DNA of 64,000 nucleotides from Dipteris shenzhenensis (Eukaryota), in NCBI GenBank assembly GCA_047967505.1, contig CM106538.1. One strand, 5' to 3'. Made by a program: the position numbers and the translations under genes. This document shows, in pieces, positions 40,701 through 54,284 of the stretch. Below the pieces are notes generated by a model, which saw only the letters and a program-made list of their open reading frames with translations, made no database searches and was not told where the DNA came from. Positions within the stretch are counted from its first letter, which is position 1; every line of letters begins with the position of its first letter.

Positions 40701-41917
40701 CTCTGAAGACGTCTCTGCCAACTGGATATGAGGAATCACAGCATCTGCTGTCGTGCCAATTAGCATTGCTAAGGCTTGAGCATCCCTCTCCTCCCATGCA
40801 CTGAGTTCATCCGCATCTGCTTCAAATAAAACTTCACCTCTTTTGTCCACAATGTCCTCCGGCTTCTCCTTGGTCCCAATCACTATCTTCCACAGCTTCC
40901 GTGCCAACAGATGGCTTCGGATCTTGAATTCTAGATTGGATAGTTCGTCCCATCGAGCTTTCCAGCATCACCAAAATTGGGAATAAATGAAGAAGGAAGA
41001 TGACTGGAGAAGGAGGAAGGACGAGTAGTGGGTGTAGAGGCTTCTAAACGCTAATCCATCTCGGTGAATAGCAAACTGAAAAACTGAAGCAAAAAAGATG
41101 TACTGACCTCCCGTGCTAGCGTGAGCTGAAAACAGAATCGCCTTTCTGCCAAGGGACTCCTTCCTTCAGAGAGTGCTTTGATGAAGAAGAGTTGAGAGCC
41201 TATGGTTCTAATACCATGTTAGAAAACAAGAGGGAATGAATCACTTAAACCTCCACCCAAGATCTCTCCAACTCTTACACACACTCAACTCAGATAGATG
41301 ATCACAGATGCAACAAACACTCTCTCAGAAATAAATATGGACGGAGAGAGAAAGAGAGTATATTCATCCACCAGATGGTGGGCAGAAAAATAGCTCCAAG
41401 GGAGCAGTACAAAACACAGCAAAGTGCTGGAGAATATTGATGGACTCTCTCTCTCACCAACTGCTCCAGATCTGAGTGCTGAACACAGCCTTGGAGAGGG
41501 GCTTTCAGTCTTGCACTGGATGCTGGAATGAATGGAGGAGTAGGTCTTTTATAGGCACTGCCCAGGCCCCTTGAGTTGACCGACCAGCAGGGTCGGTACC
41601 TTGTCTGGTGGCCGACCACATGGGCCCTAGAAAACTGACCAGGGTTGGCCCTGGTCGGTGGCCCTGGTTGGGCTGACTTTGCCAGCCACAGGCCCTTATT
41701 TAAGGGCGCCCTGGGCGGCCAGTTAATGCTGCTCCTGGTGCCTCTGTGTGAGGCCTAGAGCCCCTTTATTCCTGCTGTTGGAGACTGCAACCAGCCCGTG
41801 TGCTGGTTGCCTATGATGCCGGCCTGAGTCTCTCTCTCTCCCCAGCCCTCCTACCTCTCACTGCCCCTTGTCCTCTCAAATCGGGGGCTCACAGGTGGGC
41901 ACAGTGAGTTCCTAACA
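40701..41917 (-). mobile_element. Copia 5' LTR, PBS and gag start ('element D'), truncated
   Basis: LTR 41217-41917 (TG..CA), degenerate PBS TGGTATTAGAACC next to 41216, gag ARKLWKIVIG..WEERDAQAL..HIQLAETSSE. Confidence 0.85.
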
Positions 41918-44900
41918 CTTCAGAGCAGGCGTACAGCCTGCAACAGTGCCCTGTGAAGGGTGTGATGACATCAGCAGAGTACGGCCCCACTGTACGGGGC
42001 TGCACGGAGGCTTACCGGATAGAGGACAGGGCTGCTGGTGTCTTGGCTGAAGGCGGGATCTGCAGTGGGCAAAGGCGCCTGCATAGCAGGGCCTTTGGGC
42101 CTTGTATGGAGCCTGCAACAGACCTGGAGCAGGGCCAGCAGCCAGCAGGTGGGCAGAGCGCCTGGGCCCATAGTGGGCTGCCATGTGGCCAGGTGGGTCT
42201 AAGGAACAGCCCCCAACCACGTCGGTTTATAGACTCGGGGTAGGGGGCAGTCTGGTCGGCCCAAACAGACCCTAAAAGTCGGCCCTACCAGGTCGGTTGG
42301 TTCAAGGGCCTGGTGCCCTATAAAAGGAGAGGCCCCTTGGCCTCATTTAACATCTTCTGGAGCAGCAAAAGCCAAGCAGTCAGGAGCAGCAGGAGACTTA
42401 CTCTTGGAGCCTATTCCCGGAGGACCAGGAGAGAAGGAAGAGCTGCAGATTGAGCTTGGAGGGCTGCCTACCTAGGCTGACACTCAGGGCAGCAAGGTTG
42501 AGAAGAACACACTGGACAGAGAGTCTACATATGCTCGAGGTGGAGAACGGGGGCTCAGAGATCCAGAAGTGATTGACATCTAGTAGGAGAACCTTTTGGT
42601 ATTGTATCCTGTCCTACTTTGTGGACGGACGGAAATATAAAGTGTTGCTTCTATATTTGTCTCTAAGCATTGTCTATTTACTGGCTTGCACATCTATGCA
42701 CATTAAGTTAAGAAATTTGTGATTCCACACCCCACACCACACTGTGTGAGCTCCTAGGCAATACTATCAGTCTTCCGTTGTGCGTACCCTCTGTTGGGTC
42801 ATTTCTAACATGGTATCAGAGCCCAAGTAGGAAGCTCATAGGTGTGGGAGCTTGAAGGCAGAGACCTTGCTGAAGGACGACCTTGATTCAGAAGCTCTTC
42901 GGAATCGACTTCCACGACTGGAGGACAGTGCCCTTGCGAGGAGGGTGACTAAGGTTCAGTCAGGTGCGTTCAGAGTTCTGGTCTACTGAAGGTTCGACTT
43001 TGCTGTGTGGTTTAGCAGCAGAGATGTCGATCTCTTCATCCTCTTCAGCCCCTACTCTCCCTTCCTTCTCCCCTAGTTTTCTTTCATTCACTATCTCTAA
43101 CTTTGGAGAGTCTGGGAAACGGGACGGGACTAACTACCTGGTCTAGAAGGTGAAGATCCGGAGTCATTTAGTGGCTCGGAAGCTATGGAAACTGACAAGG
43201 GGAGTGGAGGCGAAGCCGGAGGACATGGTGGACAGACAGGGGAAGATACTCATGGCAGTAGACAGAGAAGAGCTCGAAGCTTGGAAAGACAGAGATGCCC
43301 ATGCCGTGGCATTGATCATAGGGACTATGGAGGACTCTGTGCTTCCTCTCATCCAGATGGCCGAGACGTCAGTAGAGGCGTGGGTTACTCTGAAGGATCT
43401 GTATGAGACAGACAACACCTCCCGGATTTTGCTTCTTCAGCATCAGCTCTACAATCTTGATATGGAAGAGGGAGATTCGGTACATAGCCACTTGATGAAG
43501 GTCAAGGTGGTGAGGGATCAACTGGCATTAGTTGGTCAGAAGGCGGACTCGTGCCTTTTGGCCTTGATGGTACTGAGGTGGCTACCTCGGAGTTTCAAAA
43601 GCTTTGTTACGACTATGACAGTAGAAAAGAGGACCAAATCTCTGACTTTTGAGGAGTTGGGTCCATTACTACTACAAGAGGAGCTAGGGAGAAGGCTCTA
43701 CAACAATGACAAGGACGATGAGGTGTTGTTGGCAAAGGATTATGCTGGCCAAGGAAAGGGCAAGCCTAACGGTGGCAAGTTCAAGAAGATGACTTTGATG
43801 ACGAGGATACTTCCAAGAGGAAACAGAAGAAGAAGTGCTTCTACTGTGATACGCCAGCGAAGGACTGCAGAAAGAAGAAGGCGGATCAGAAAAACAAAAG
43901 GAAGAGTCCGACTATGATTTAGAGGGCGATACAAAGGCCAAAGCAAATGTCGAAGAGTTGTTCCTGGTAACATCTCTGTGTGTTATTGAGGCCAGATATA
44001 TGACCTAGAAGCCACAGTGAGGATCTCTGACATTGAGATGTGGATCGACGAGATGTCAAATGCCTTTGTGAAGGTGATGGACAGCATGGAGGTCTTGGCA
44101 TCTTCCAGGTGCGTGGCTATTGACACTGACACGATGGTGGATTCCATGGAGTGCTCTGGGGTCTCATGGTCAGATGGATGCTGTACGTCAGAAGGGGACA
44201 GTACAGGATTACACATGCTTTTGGTGGGTGCCTTGATGAGGTGCATGGTTTGCTTTCCGAGCAAGCACACAGGCAGTACGACGGTCTGGTATTTACTTGA
44301 TGTTCTGCATTTAAGCCTTTATAGCATGCTGTGGAGAGACTCTACTCTTCATTTATCTCAGGTAATGCGAGATTGGAAGGAATTGGCCTTCTTCGAAGGC
44401 AGAACGGGAAGTGTGGGTGCTTCTTCGAATCTCGGACGCAGATTGCTGGAAGGTGATGGGCAAAGCGCACTGAAGTCAGAAGAGTACCTGCTTCAGAACT
44501 CAGCGAGAGTTCATGGTCCAGGTTATCTGGAAATATTCATTCAGACCCTCAGAGCATGGTGCCTGGAAGACTCCAGGTTGTTCACTCATAATATTATGAG
44601 GGGGACAATTGGAAGATCGTGACGGCTGAATTGCCCGAGTTCGAAGGCGGGAACGTGGCTGAAGAAGGTGAGATGGACCTGTGTACCAGGATGGTGTGCG
44701 GAAGCAGAACCAAACCTGGTGGAGCAGGAGCCACTGGATGAAAAGCCAGGAAAATATTTCAACATCGATAAGTTCCAGAGGACTACGACCAGGGAGTTAC
44801 TGGAGCATCATCATTGACGTGTTGGCATTGGGCCTAGATGTGTCGGTGAGAGGGGGTGTTGGAACGGTCACCTCCCCATCTGTAAGCCCCCATATGAGGA

Positions 44901-45878
44901 GAGCATGGGGGTGGTGGACCTAGGGATGTATAGACTGCCACATGGGCAGAGAATGGGGCTGCCACATGGGTAGCACATGAGCTGTCATGTGGACAGCACA
45001 AGAAACGCATTAGAAGGAGACCTTGTGCAGGAGAGATGGCGGGGGCATTTAGCCCTGGATCTGGCCTAGCAAGACGGAACTTCAGAGCAGGCGTACGGCC
45101 TGCAAGAGGGCCCTATGCGTGATGACATCAGCAGAGTACGCCCCCACTGTATGGGATGCTTATCGGATAGAGGACAGGGCTGCTGGTGTGACTGAAGGCG
45201 GGATCTGCAGTGGGCAAAGGCGTCTGCATGGCAGGGCCCATGGCGGGCTGCCATGTGGCTAGGTGGGTCTAAAGAACTGCCCCCAACCAGGTCGGTTTAC
45301 AGGCTGAGTGGGGGGCAGTCTGGTCGGCCCAAACAGACCCTAAAAGTTGGCCCTACCAGGCTCGTTGGTTCAAGGGCCTGGTGCCATATAAAAGGAGAGC
45401 CCCCTTGGCCTCATTTAACATCTTCTGGAGCAGCAAAAGCCAAGCAGTCAGGAGCAGCAGGAGACTTACTCTTGGAGCCTATTTCCGGAGGACCAGGAGA
45501 GAAGGAAGAGCTGCAGACTGAGCTTGGAGGGCTGCCTACCTAGGCTGACACTCAGGGCTGCAAGGTTGAGAAGAACACTCTGGACAAAGAGTCTACATAC
45601 GCTCGAGGTGGAGCACGCAAGCTCAGAGATCTAGAAGTGCTTGACATCTAGTAGGAGAACCTTTTGGTATTGTATCCTGTCCTACTTTGTGGACGGACGG
45701 AAATATAAAGTGTTGCTTCTATATTTGTCTCTAAGCGTTGGCTCTTTATTGGCTTGCACATCTATGCACATTAAGTTAAGAAGTTTGTGATTCCACACCC
45801 CACACCACATTGTGTGAGCTTCTGGGTAGTACTATTAGTCTTCCGCTATGCGTACCCTTTGTTAGGTCATTTCTAACA
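41918..45878 (+). mobile_element. Non-autonomous gag-only copia-derived LTR element ('element B')
   Basis: Partial 5' LTR 41918-42810, PBS TGGTATCAGAGC 42811-42822, gag about 43024-43900, collapsed pol remnant, PPT GAGAGGGGG, complete 3' LTR 44857-45878. Confidence 0.9.
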
Positions 45879-47789
45879 ATTAGACGGGGAGTCGGGACAG
45901 CGAACGGAGCAAGGTTTGGGTCTGTTTCAGCAGCTCTTTTCCGTTATCTCTTACAGTTTTACACAGCTCATTCTCAGCTCTTCATTTCAGTCATCTCTCA
46001 GCTCTCTTATAGGATCTATCAATCCTAGCTTTCACTCTCTCACTCATGCAGTAGCTCTGCATTCTGGTGGACAGCACAAGCCTCTCCCTTGCCTTGGAGA
46101 AGCGTCCTACATCGTCAGTGTGGACAGAATCAAGGTCTCGGTATTGGTTGGCGTTGCCTCTCAGGTCTTTGGGTTTGCTGTATGTGTGCACAGTGAGCTC
46201 TTCAAAAGCGCGTTCCGTGCTTTCTCGAAGAGTGTTCTTTGTATTTCTCAGTTCTCCAAGTATAAAGCAAATCCTCCCGTGATTGGGGGAGGGGGCCCTC
46301 AGTGGGTACAGGGACCCAATCGGTTGTTGACTCTACTCTCTCTTTACCCTCATCTCGTTTCTCTCTCTATGGTGTACAAACGCTAATTCCTCGCTAAAGG
46401 TGTAAAGAAGGTCTTGCTCTGAATTACACGATTAGATTACCATTGCATGTTACATCGGTATCAGAGCTTCGGTCTGTTTCCAGCTTGACTACTTTGAGTG
46501 TATGGTTGTGTTGAGATCCGGAAAGGACACACAATCAAGCGCCATGGAAGGGTCTGGAAAAGGTTTCACCCTTGAAGACTTTTAAGAGGAGAGACTACCA
46601 AGAAGATCCACTTCCACCAAGTGCTCAAGAAGTGATGGCGAACCTTCTAGAGCAGAATCGGGTCCTCTTACAGCCAGTCGAAGAACATTCATCCAAGCTA
46701 GAAGAAACCAGAAGACGGTTGGACCAGACAAAACAACGTTTGGAGAAAAAGAAGCAGAAAAGCTGCTGGAAGAAAGAGGAACCACAGATTTTGAAAAATT
46801 GCTCTTGTTGATGCGTGAGGAACGCAAAAATGAGGCGGCACTATGACGCGTAGAGCTCGCCCAGGCAGAGAGGCAACAAAAGCTAGACCAAGAGGTGATG
46901 CTTCACAAACATATGTTAGCCGCTATGCAAGCAAGTTTGAGTGTAGCAGCCGTCATTGCCACAGCTTCGTCATCGACAAAGTTAACACCACTCACTCGGT
47001 CCACTACAAATTTTGTGATGGTAAGTGTGACCATTCAGCAATTCATGAGTTTGTAGCTCATTTTCCATTAGTGTGGATTTAAGATGAGCAAGACAAAGTC
47101 CACCTCGCAGTCCCTTATCTTACGGGTGAGGCGGTGACCTGGTGGCAACATTGGGCTAGTAAGCATATTGACCTAACAACGTTTAAGACGAATTTTGTTT
47201 GGGCAACATTTATGGCCAATCTCAAAGCCCGTTTTCTCCCACCCTAATATATGCTTAACTTGGAGGATGAGTTTTCTCATCTCTCCCTGAATGGTTTGCC
47301 CGTGTTGACATATAGTAACAAGGTCATCATGCTGGCGCAGCAATTGGGCGTGATGGAGAGCGCCAAGATGAAGCAATTAATTCGAGGATTGGACACAAAC
47401 ATCCGTTATACCATTCGAAACTTCGACTCACCGGATTACAAGCGAGCACTGACTCTCGCACAGAATCAGGAGATGATGCTGAATGGGAGAAAGCCCAAGC
47501 AGGTCCAGAATGATTCCAAAGCCTCGCAGTAGTTAAATAACACAGTGGGTAAGGATCAGAAGAAGGACAACTAGTTCCAAAAGAAAGACGGCCAGGCTTC
47601 TTGTCAAAGAAGGAGTCTAAGCCCAAGATGACTTTGGATGAGAAGGCTAAAGTGGGTATTACAGGAGGCTATCTATAGCCCGACGAGCAGAAGTGGTACC
47701 ACCAAGAACATCGTTGCTTTCATTGCCACCACATCGTTGGGCATGGCAAGAAGGATTGTCCAAAGTGGCTTGCTAAGAAGGCTGCGAAA

Positions 47790-50700
47790 GTGCCTTACTT
47801 CGTCCGTCGCCAATGTATTGGTGCTTCCAGCCCCGCCTCCATCCTGAGCTAGGAATGCCGTCTTCCCTGCTTTGAACGTCTTTCTCACGGTGGTCTTTCA
47901 AGGTAGTAAGGAGGGCGATTCCTCAGATCAAAAGAAGGCGCTCATTCGAGAGTACGGCACAGCTAACGGAGTCCGAGTCGCCTATCCCGCAGCCTCCTCC
48001 CCCTCCACCCCCACTGGCAGGACACCCGGAGTCTATACCACCAGTGGAGCAGGCTTCCCTTCCCGCTAGTCCCTCAGTGGCAGACTCAGCTGGGTCTCAG
48101 CTCCAGGAGAGAGAGCTTCCTCGAGACTTTTACAGATCTGGCCCCTGGGACTACCTGGATGTGGCCGACCTTGGGACCTTCCCGGCTTGTCTCGACATTA
48201 GTATCTTCCTACTCCGCAAAGGGGCGGATGGGAAGATTGCTGCCTTGGCTCCCAGGGATGGCCCTAGCTTCGCTTTCACGTTCCTCAGCGATGGCACCGA
48301 GACCTGGACAGACGACTCGGTTTGGGAGGCTCTCAGAGAGCAGACACACGCCCATATTTGCTCCTGGATAGGCCCGTCCGGTGGGCAGCTTCTCGAGACT
48401 CAGTGGTCCGAGGGCGATGTGCGCCTGCGGTGGCGTTGCGCCGCCAAACGCTTCCGACTGATTGTGATCCTCAGACCCCCCCTGTCATGGCCTCTCCCCC
48501 AGGATGTCAGAGCTTGGTCCCAACAGAAACTCCGAACCTTCTACAGGATGACCACTTCAAAGATCTCGAGCTGGCTCGAGAAAGCATTTGCTCATGGCAC
48601 CAGAGGCCTCTCGCCATTGCTGAAGGTGTTGAAGAACGGGCAGGACGACCCCGTCTCCCCCTCCAAACCTTCTCATAAGCGGCAGCGCCTCCATTCCGAT
48701 ATGTCTGATTCTTCTTCGACTTCGACCGCGAGCAGACAGTTGTTCGCAGCCCCCCGTCCCTCTCCATGAGCCTACACCTCGTATCCTGGAATGTGAACGG
48801 GTTTCACTCTTCGGGCACCCGTGGTCCCAGGAAGCTCATTTTGCGACAGGAACTTCAGCCTGCAGTGATTGGTCGATTGGATGTACTTTTGCTCCAGGAG
48901 CACAAGCTTTCTGCGGCTCATTCCCGTAGCTGCGGGAAGGTTCTCCCTGGACGTTCCTACACTTATTGGGAGCCTTCGATCGGCGCACAGGGGAGGAGTG
49001 GGGGTGTCTGTACCTCCGTGTGCGAGCAGTTAGCCCAGGAAGTCTTCGGTCACGGCACGTTGATCCCAGGCCGAGCCCTTTGGGTAGGCCTGAATTTGGA
49101 GGGATCCAAAATAGGAATCCTCAACATTTATGCTCCCACAGACCTCCGATGCAGAGCCACCTTCTGGAGGACACTTACAGGGATTCTTCCAGACATGGAT
49201 TCCTGGATTGTTGGAGGAGACTTCAACAACCTGGAGACCTTGGAGGACCAGCAGGGCAGAGATCCGGAGTTCACAGGTATGGCTCAGGCAGAGCAGTCAG
49301 CTTGGGACTCTTTCATCTTCGCGACAGGAGGGAGGGACAGTTGGAGAGACCCGTCCTTCCGGCGTTGGCACGGGAGCCTGGACTTCTCTTGGGGCTTCCG
49401 CAGGGAAGGAGGCAGACTCCTGGAGAGGCTCGATAGATTTTATGTCAGTGATTGGGCCATCAGTAGAGGCGGCCAGGCGGGTATAGTTCCAGGGACGACA
49501 CTCTCCGACCATGCGCCTGTGCTCCTATCATTAGATTCGGCAGCCCAGACTCTCCCCCCCCGATCATGCAGGATTCCCGACTCCATCTTCTCGAGGGTGG
49601 ACGTGCGCAGCAGCATTTGCAGTCTTTGGGACAGAGACTGGGGGGAGGGCGTGGATCTGGTAGACTCGGTCGCGCAGGCTCTGCAGGAGTCCAGCCAGAT
49701 TTGCCAGCTCGCAGCCCTGCAGGTTCGACAGGATTGGTGGGGCAGAGAGAGAGCTCTTCGGAGGGACCTCGCCTCCATTCAGCGACTCCAGCAGGCTTCC
49801 CCGGGCTCGGAGGAGCTTCGGATCCAGGCCCTTCGAGCCAGAGCCCTCCTGGAGGAGACCCTCCAGCATCGCTCCGAGTTTTCCTATCGCGCCTCTCTCT
49901 CCTTCTGGGCCCGGAAGGGTGACCGGATGTGCAGGGAGTTCTTCAGGACGCACGGCCAGAGAGCTGCAGGTGATCAGCTTCGAAGTCTCAGGACAGCGGA
50001 TGGTCACATCGTTACGGATCCGGGGGAGGTCCTGGGGTTGGCCACTGACTTCTACAGGACCCTCTTCCAGTAGGAGCCGCTTGCCCCTCGTGCTAGTCGT
50101 GCCCGTGAGGAGGTGTGGAGGCACATTCCATCCCTGGTCCAGCCTAGCATGCAGGCGACGTTGTTGGCGCCGTTCACCTCAGATGAGATGTTGGAGGCCT
50201 TGATGGCTATCGACGGACAGAAATGCCCAGGTGAGGATGGGCTATCCCGAGCATTTTTCACCTCCTTCTGGGACCAGATCCATCAGCCCCTCCTTGCAGC
50301 TCTGCAAGGGATTTTCAGCAGCAGTCAGATGCCAGAGAGCCTTCCTCAGGACTGATTTGCCTCATCCCGAAGGGAGGAGATAGACAGGAGATCCGCCAGT
50401 GGCGTCCGATCACTCTCCTTACCACTGCCTACAAAATCCTCGCCAAGATGATCAGTGCCAGAGTTCGGCCTCTACTCCCAGACCTCGTCCATGACACTCA
50501 GACAGGCTTTGTCCAGGATCGCAGTATCCTGGATAATGTCTTCACCTTTTCAGAGGCGGCGGAGTGGGCTCAGTACAGCGGATCACACCTTGCCATTTTA
50601 CTTCTCGACTTCGAGAAGGCCTACGATCGCGTGGACTGGTCCTTTTTGGAGGGGAATCTGGAGCGGCTAGGTTTCCCGGCAGGTTGGATTCAGGGTATCT

Positions 50701-53281
50701 CAGCTTTGTACAGGACAGCGTCTAGCAGAGTCATCATTGGAGGCAGGATGGGTGAGCGCTTTAGCTTGGAGAGATCAGTACGTCAGGGCTGCCCCCTGGC
50801 TCCTTACCTGTTTCTCTTCTTCGCCGAGGCCATGACTTACTACCTTCGGGCGAGGTCCACAGGGCTCAGGGGTGTTCGCCTTCCACTCCGGGAGGACACG
50901 GAGCTTCTGGACTCGGAGTACGCAGATGATACAGCCCTTTATGTCCAGGACGATGAGAGGATGCTAGAGAGGGTGCGGATGGCCCTGGAGGTTTTCTGCT
51001 CGGCCGCTGGTGCGAAAATCAACTGGAACAAATCAGTTGGTTTTCTCACAGACCCGGGGGCGTGTTCTCAGTGGGGGCGATTTCTGGGTTTCAGATGGAT
51101 TCCACGTGGACAGACAGCTAGATACCTTGGCTTCCAGGTTGGCCTAGACATCACGCCAGCTCAGCAGTTTCTCCCGGTGCTAGACTCCATCCGACGGAAG
51201 TTGGCTTTCTGGAGCACTGCTAAGCTCTCCCTTGCAGGTCGTGCCTTGGTAGTTAACCAGGTCCTCCTAGCCACGGCTTGGTATGTGGCTTCCTGCTGGT
51301 GCTTCTCGAGATCCAGCGTGGCACAGCTCAGGAGGTTGGTTCGGAACTTCCTTTGGTCTGGGGAGGATGGGCATAGAGATACCAGAGCCAGGGTTGCTTG
51401 GCAGACAGTCATTCTTCCGCAGGCTGAGGGTGGTCTGGGGGTCATTGATCCAGAGCTTCAGAGTCAGGCCTTGTTAGGCAAGCTTATCATTCGCGGTTTG
51501 ACCCCAGGGGGACAGACGTGGAAGATGTTACTTCAGCAGGGAGTCGGCTCTTGTGTCCCGCGCCGAGGTGGAGAGTGGCTACCGTCCCTCAGGTGGATCT
51601 TCACCTCCGCCCCGCTCCCTCAGCCCCGCTCCCCACTCGTTCGTAGCCTCCTCATGGTTTGGAGGCGGCTCCGCCTCAGTCTCATTCAGTCCCCTCCCAG
51701 CTGTCAGGAGGAGATCGATCGCCAGCCGCTTATCTGGAACGGTCAGGTCAGAGATGCCGAGGGCCTTCAGTTGGGGGAGAGATCACATATCAGGTGGGAC
51801 GGCTGGATGAGGGGGCCAACCCGATCCCTTCGTGTTTGGAGGGATACGTACAGACATCTGGAGATGACTGATCTTGCAGACGCAGCTGGAGGTGCACGTG
51901 GAGCCCAGGCGAGACGCACGGAGATCGACGGTGCGATCCCAGCTGCTTGGTTGGTTCCACCTGAGCATCAGATCCTCATGCCTGGTGACACCCGCTGGCT
52001 GGGACAGTTCACCTCCCGTGGCATTCCACTGGTGATCGCAGGACGTTTGGATGACTCTTCTATCTCCTTCTTCGTGGTTTCTGGGGATGGACGACTCAGG
52101 AGAGAGGGTGCGCTCATCGACCCCCTACTCCCGTGGCAGAGGGTTCGGGTCGTAGGCCTCTTGGGGAAGGTCTGGCGTACCGACCCTAGCATCGAGCAGG
52201 ACCAGGTGCAGCTTTGGCGTCTTTGGCTCTGGGAGGGGCGGGCCTTGTCAGAGCTTGAGTGGGACCCAGGAGAGTGGTGGTGGCCAGAGATTGTGACAGG
52301 ACCGACCTCCTTCTTCGCCTACAGTACGACTCTGGGCAGGCGAGTTCTCGGGAGGATGCAGAGCCGCCCCCCCACCCAGCGACCCAGCTGGTACGCACAG
52401 GGTATTTCCAGGTTCTTTTTGCAGGCATTCTGGAAGGCCTTGTGGGAGAGCTGGCGGCCGCGGAAGATCTCATACTTCCTGTGGCTTCTTGCCCACAAAG
52501 GTCTTCCAGTGGGGAGCTGGTTGAGGCAGATAGGCCAGGACGGTTGCTGCCAGATTTGCCATGCGGATGAGGAGACACCAAAACACTGCTTGTGGAGCTG
52601 CACTCGCGCCCAGGAAGTGTGGAGGTGGACTTTTGGGATTCTTACTCGCGCAGCACCAGAGCTAGGATTGATCACTTGGGGCGCGTTCTGTTGGTGCAGC
52701 ACCGCACCTGGTCTTCATCACTTATTCGAGGCATGCCAGCAAGACCCCACTTTCCTTATTACACAGGGGACGTGGGGACCGCTCGAGGGCATCCCACAGC
52801 ACCTAGCAGAGGCTGATACAGGAGTCCGGGAGAGGCAGCCAGTCTGGGAGATTATTAGCAGCATCACAGGGTGGCACATCTGGACCTCGCGCTGCGCGCA
52901 GATCCTAGGTGGCACCTCCTTATCGACTGCCCAGATCATGACGGAGATTTGGAGTGAGATTATTCATACTCTCAGAGGCCAGTGGGACCAGATTCAGGGA
53001 GACTCCCGGGCCGGTCAGGAGAAGCGGAGACGCTTCCTCCGGGCTTGGGACACACAGGGCCTCTTCTTCGCGCAGACTACGCAGGGCCTTCGGTGGCATT
53101 ACTCACCACCCCGATGGCTGTTCATTCATACTCGTCTTATCCCTCCGTGAGAGGATGGTTTATTTTGCTACCTTTTAGGGCTGCGTCCGATTTGTGAACG
53201 CAGCCCGTCAGCTATAAGCTGACCTCTTGTATCTTGTTCTCGAAGTAATATAATTAGCACTGTTTTTCGGCAAAAAAAAAA
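47790..53281 (+). mobile_element. L1-clade LINE: 3' end of ORF1, ORF2, 3' UTR and poly(A)
   Basis: ORF1 end to 48769, then ORF2. Poly(A) 53272-53281 is followed by the TSD copy AGCAACCAATACTCGG (53281-53296). Confidence 0.95.
48766..53150 (+). pseudogene. LINE ORF2 (APE endonuclease + RT + zf-RVT), nearly intact
   Basis: SWNVNG, LQEHK, GGDFN, RLDRF, SDH, DFEKAYDRV, RQGCPL, YADD, CQICH..ETPKHCL..C. One in-frame TAG at 50071-50073 and one frameshift near 50340. Confidence 0.93.
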
Positions 53282-53296
53282 GCAACCAATACTCGG

Positions 53297-54284
53297 TCAC
53301 ATAATCCCCCACAGCTACCTCAATTACCTGCTTGATGACTAATTTCTCCACACAGAAAGAAAAGGCATTTATACACAGCCAACATCATCAAGAACTTAGC
53401 AAAAGGGAAAGGATCATCAGTTGAAGAACTTCCACAAAACTTGGGCCTCTAGAAACTCAGTTAGCTGCTCTCCGTACAGCCAGCCACGGTTGGCTACAGT
53501 ACAATGGCCGTACAAGCATCTCTATCGATGTATGTGCAGCCCGTACATCAGCCACTTGATACCCAGCCTGGCAGACAAACTGTTCGGAATCCATCCGTAT
53601 AACCAGCAAGTACACTCACCGTACAACCAGCAAGTACAATGTAAGTACACCAGCAGCTACACTCACCGTACAACCATGTACGGTAGTCCGTGCAGTCATT
53701 AATGTGGGCAGCCCACAGTCCGTACTGTTTACCCACTCCGTACAGCCGTCTTCAATAACCCCGTACGTACATCAGCAACTGCCATTACCGCTCCGTACAA
53801 TACTGCCAGCCCCCTTCAAGGCTCTTCCATTCTCACTGCTGCACCAAGCTCCTTGAAGGCTTCCGTCCCTTCTCCGGATTCCAGCCCCCGCATTCATTTT
53901 TGGCGTCAACCTCCCTTTTTTTTTCCCCGTGATTCTGCCCCGCGTTCCTTTTTTCCCATCCAATTTTCTGCCCAAGGCCTTCCTTGGCCTTCCTTTCCAA
54001 AAGGGGGCTGCATGGGCTTGCCACATGGCAGCCCATGCCTTGGATTGCCCCCAAGGGCCTTCAATTGCCCCTAGGCCCCCTCTAGTGGGACCTTTTTAAA
54101 AGCCCACCAATGACCAACTTGAAAGCCTAAGGTTCTTTGGGCCCCTCTTGACCCTAGACCTTTCATTTGCCCCCAAGGCACAAATGCTAGGGGTTCTAGC
54201 ACATCGAGTAACCCTTGACCTCGCCCCTTGTTTTCCCAGGTTCCTACCCACACGCACGCCAACATGCATGCACCAAAAATCACG
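53297..54284. mobile_element. One half of a probable solo LTR (about 2.1 kb) inserted in the gypsy integrase
   Basis: Bounded by the LINE TSD and by CCCTC (54285-54289), the inverted copy of the TSD GAGGG. Non-coding and rich in CCGTAC. Confidence 0.55.
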
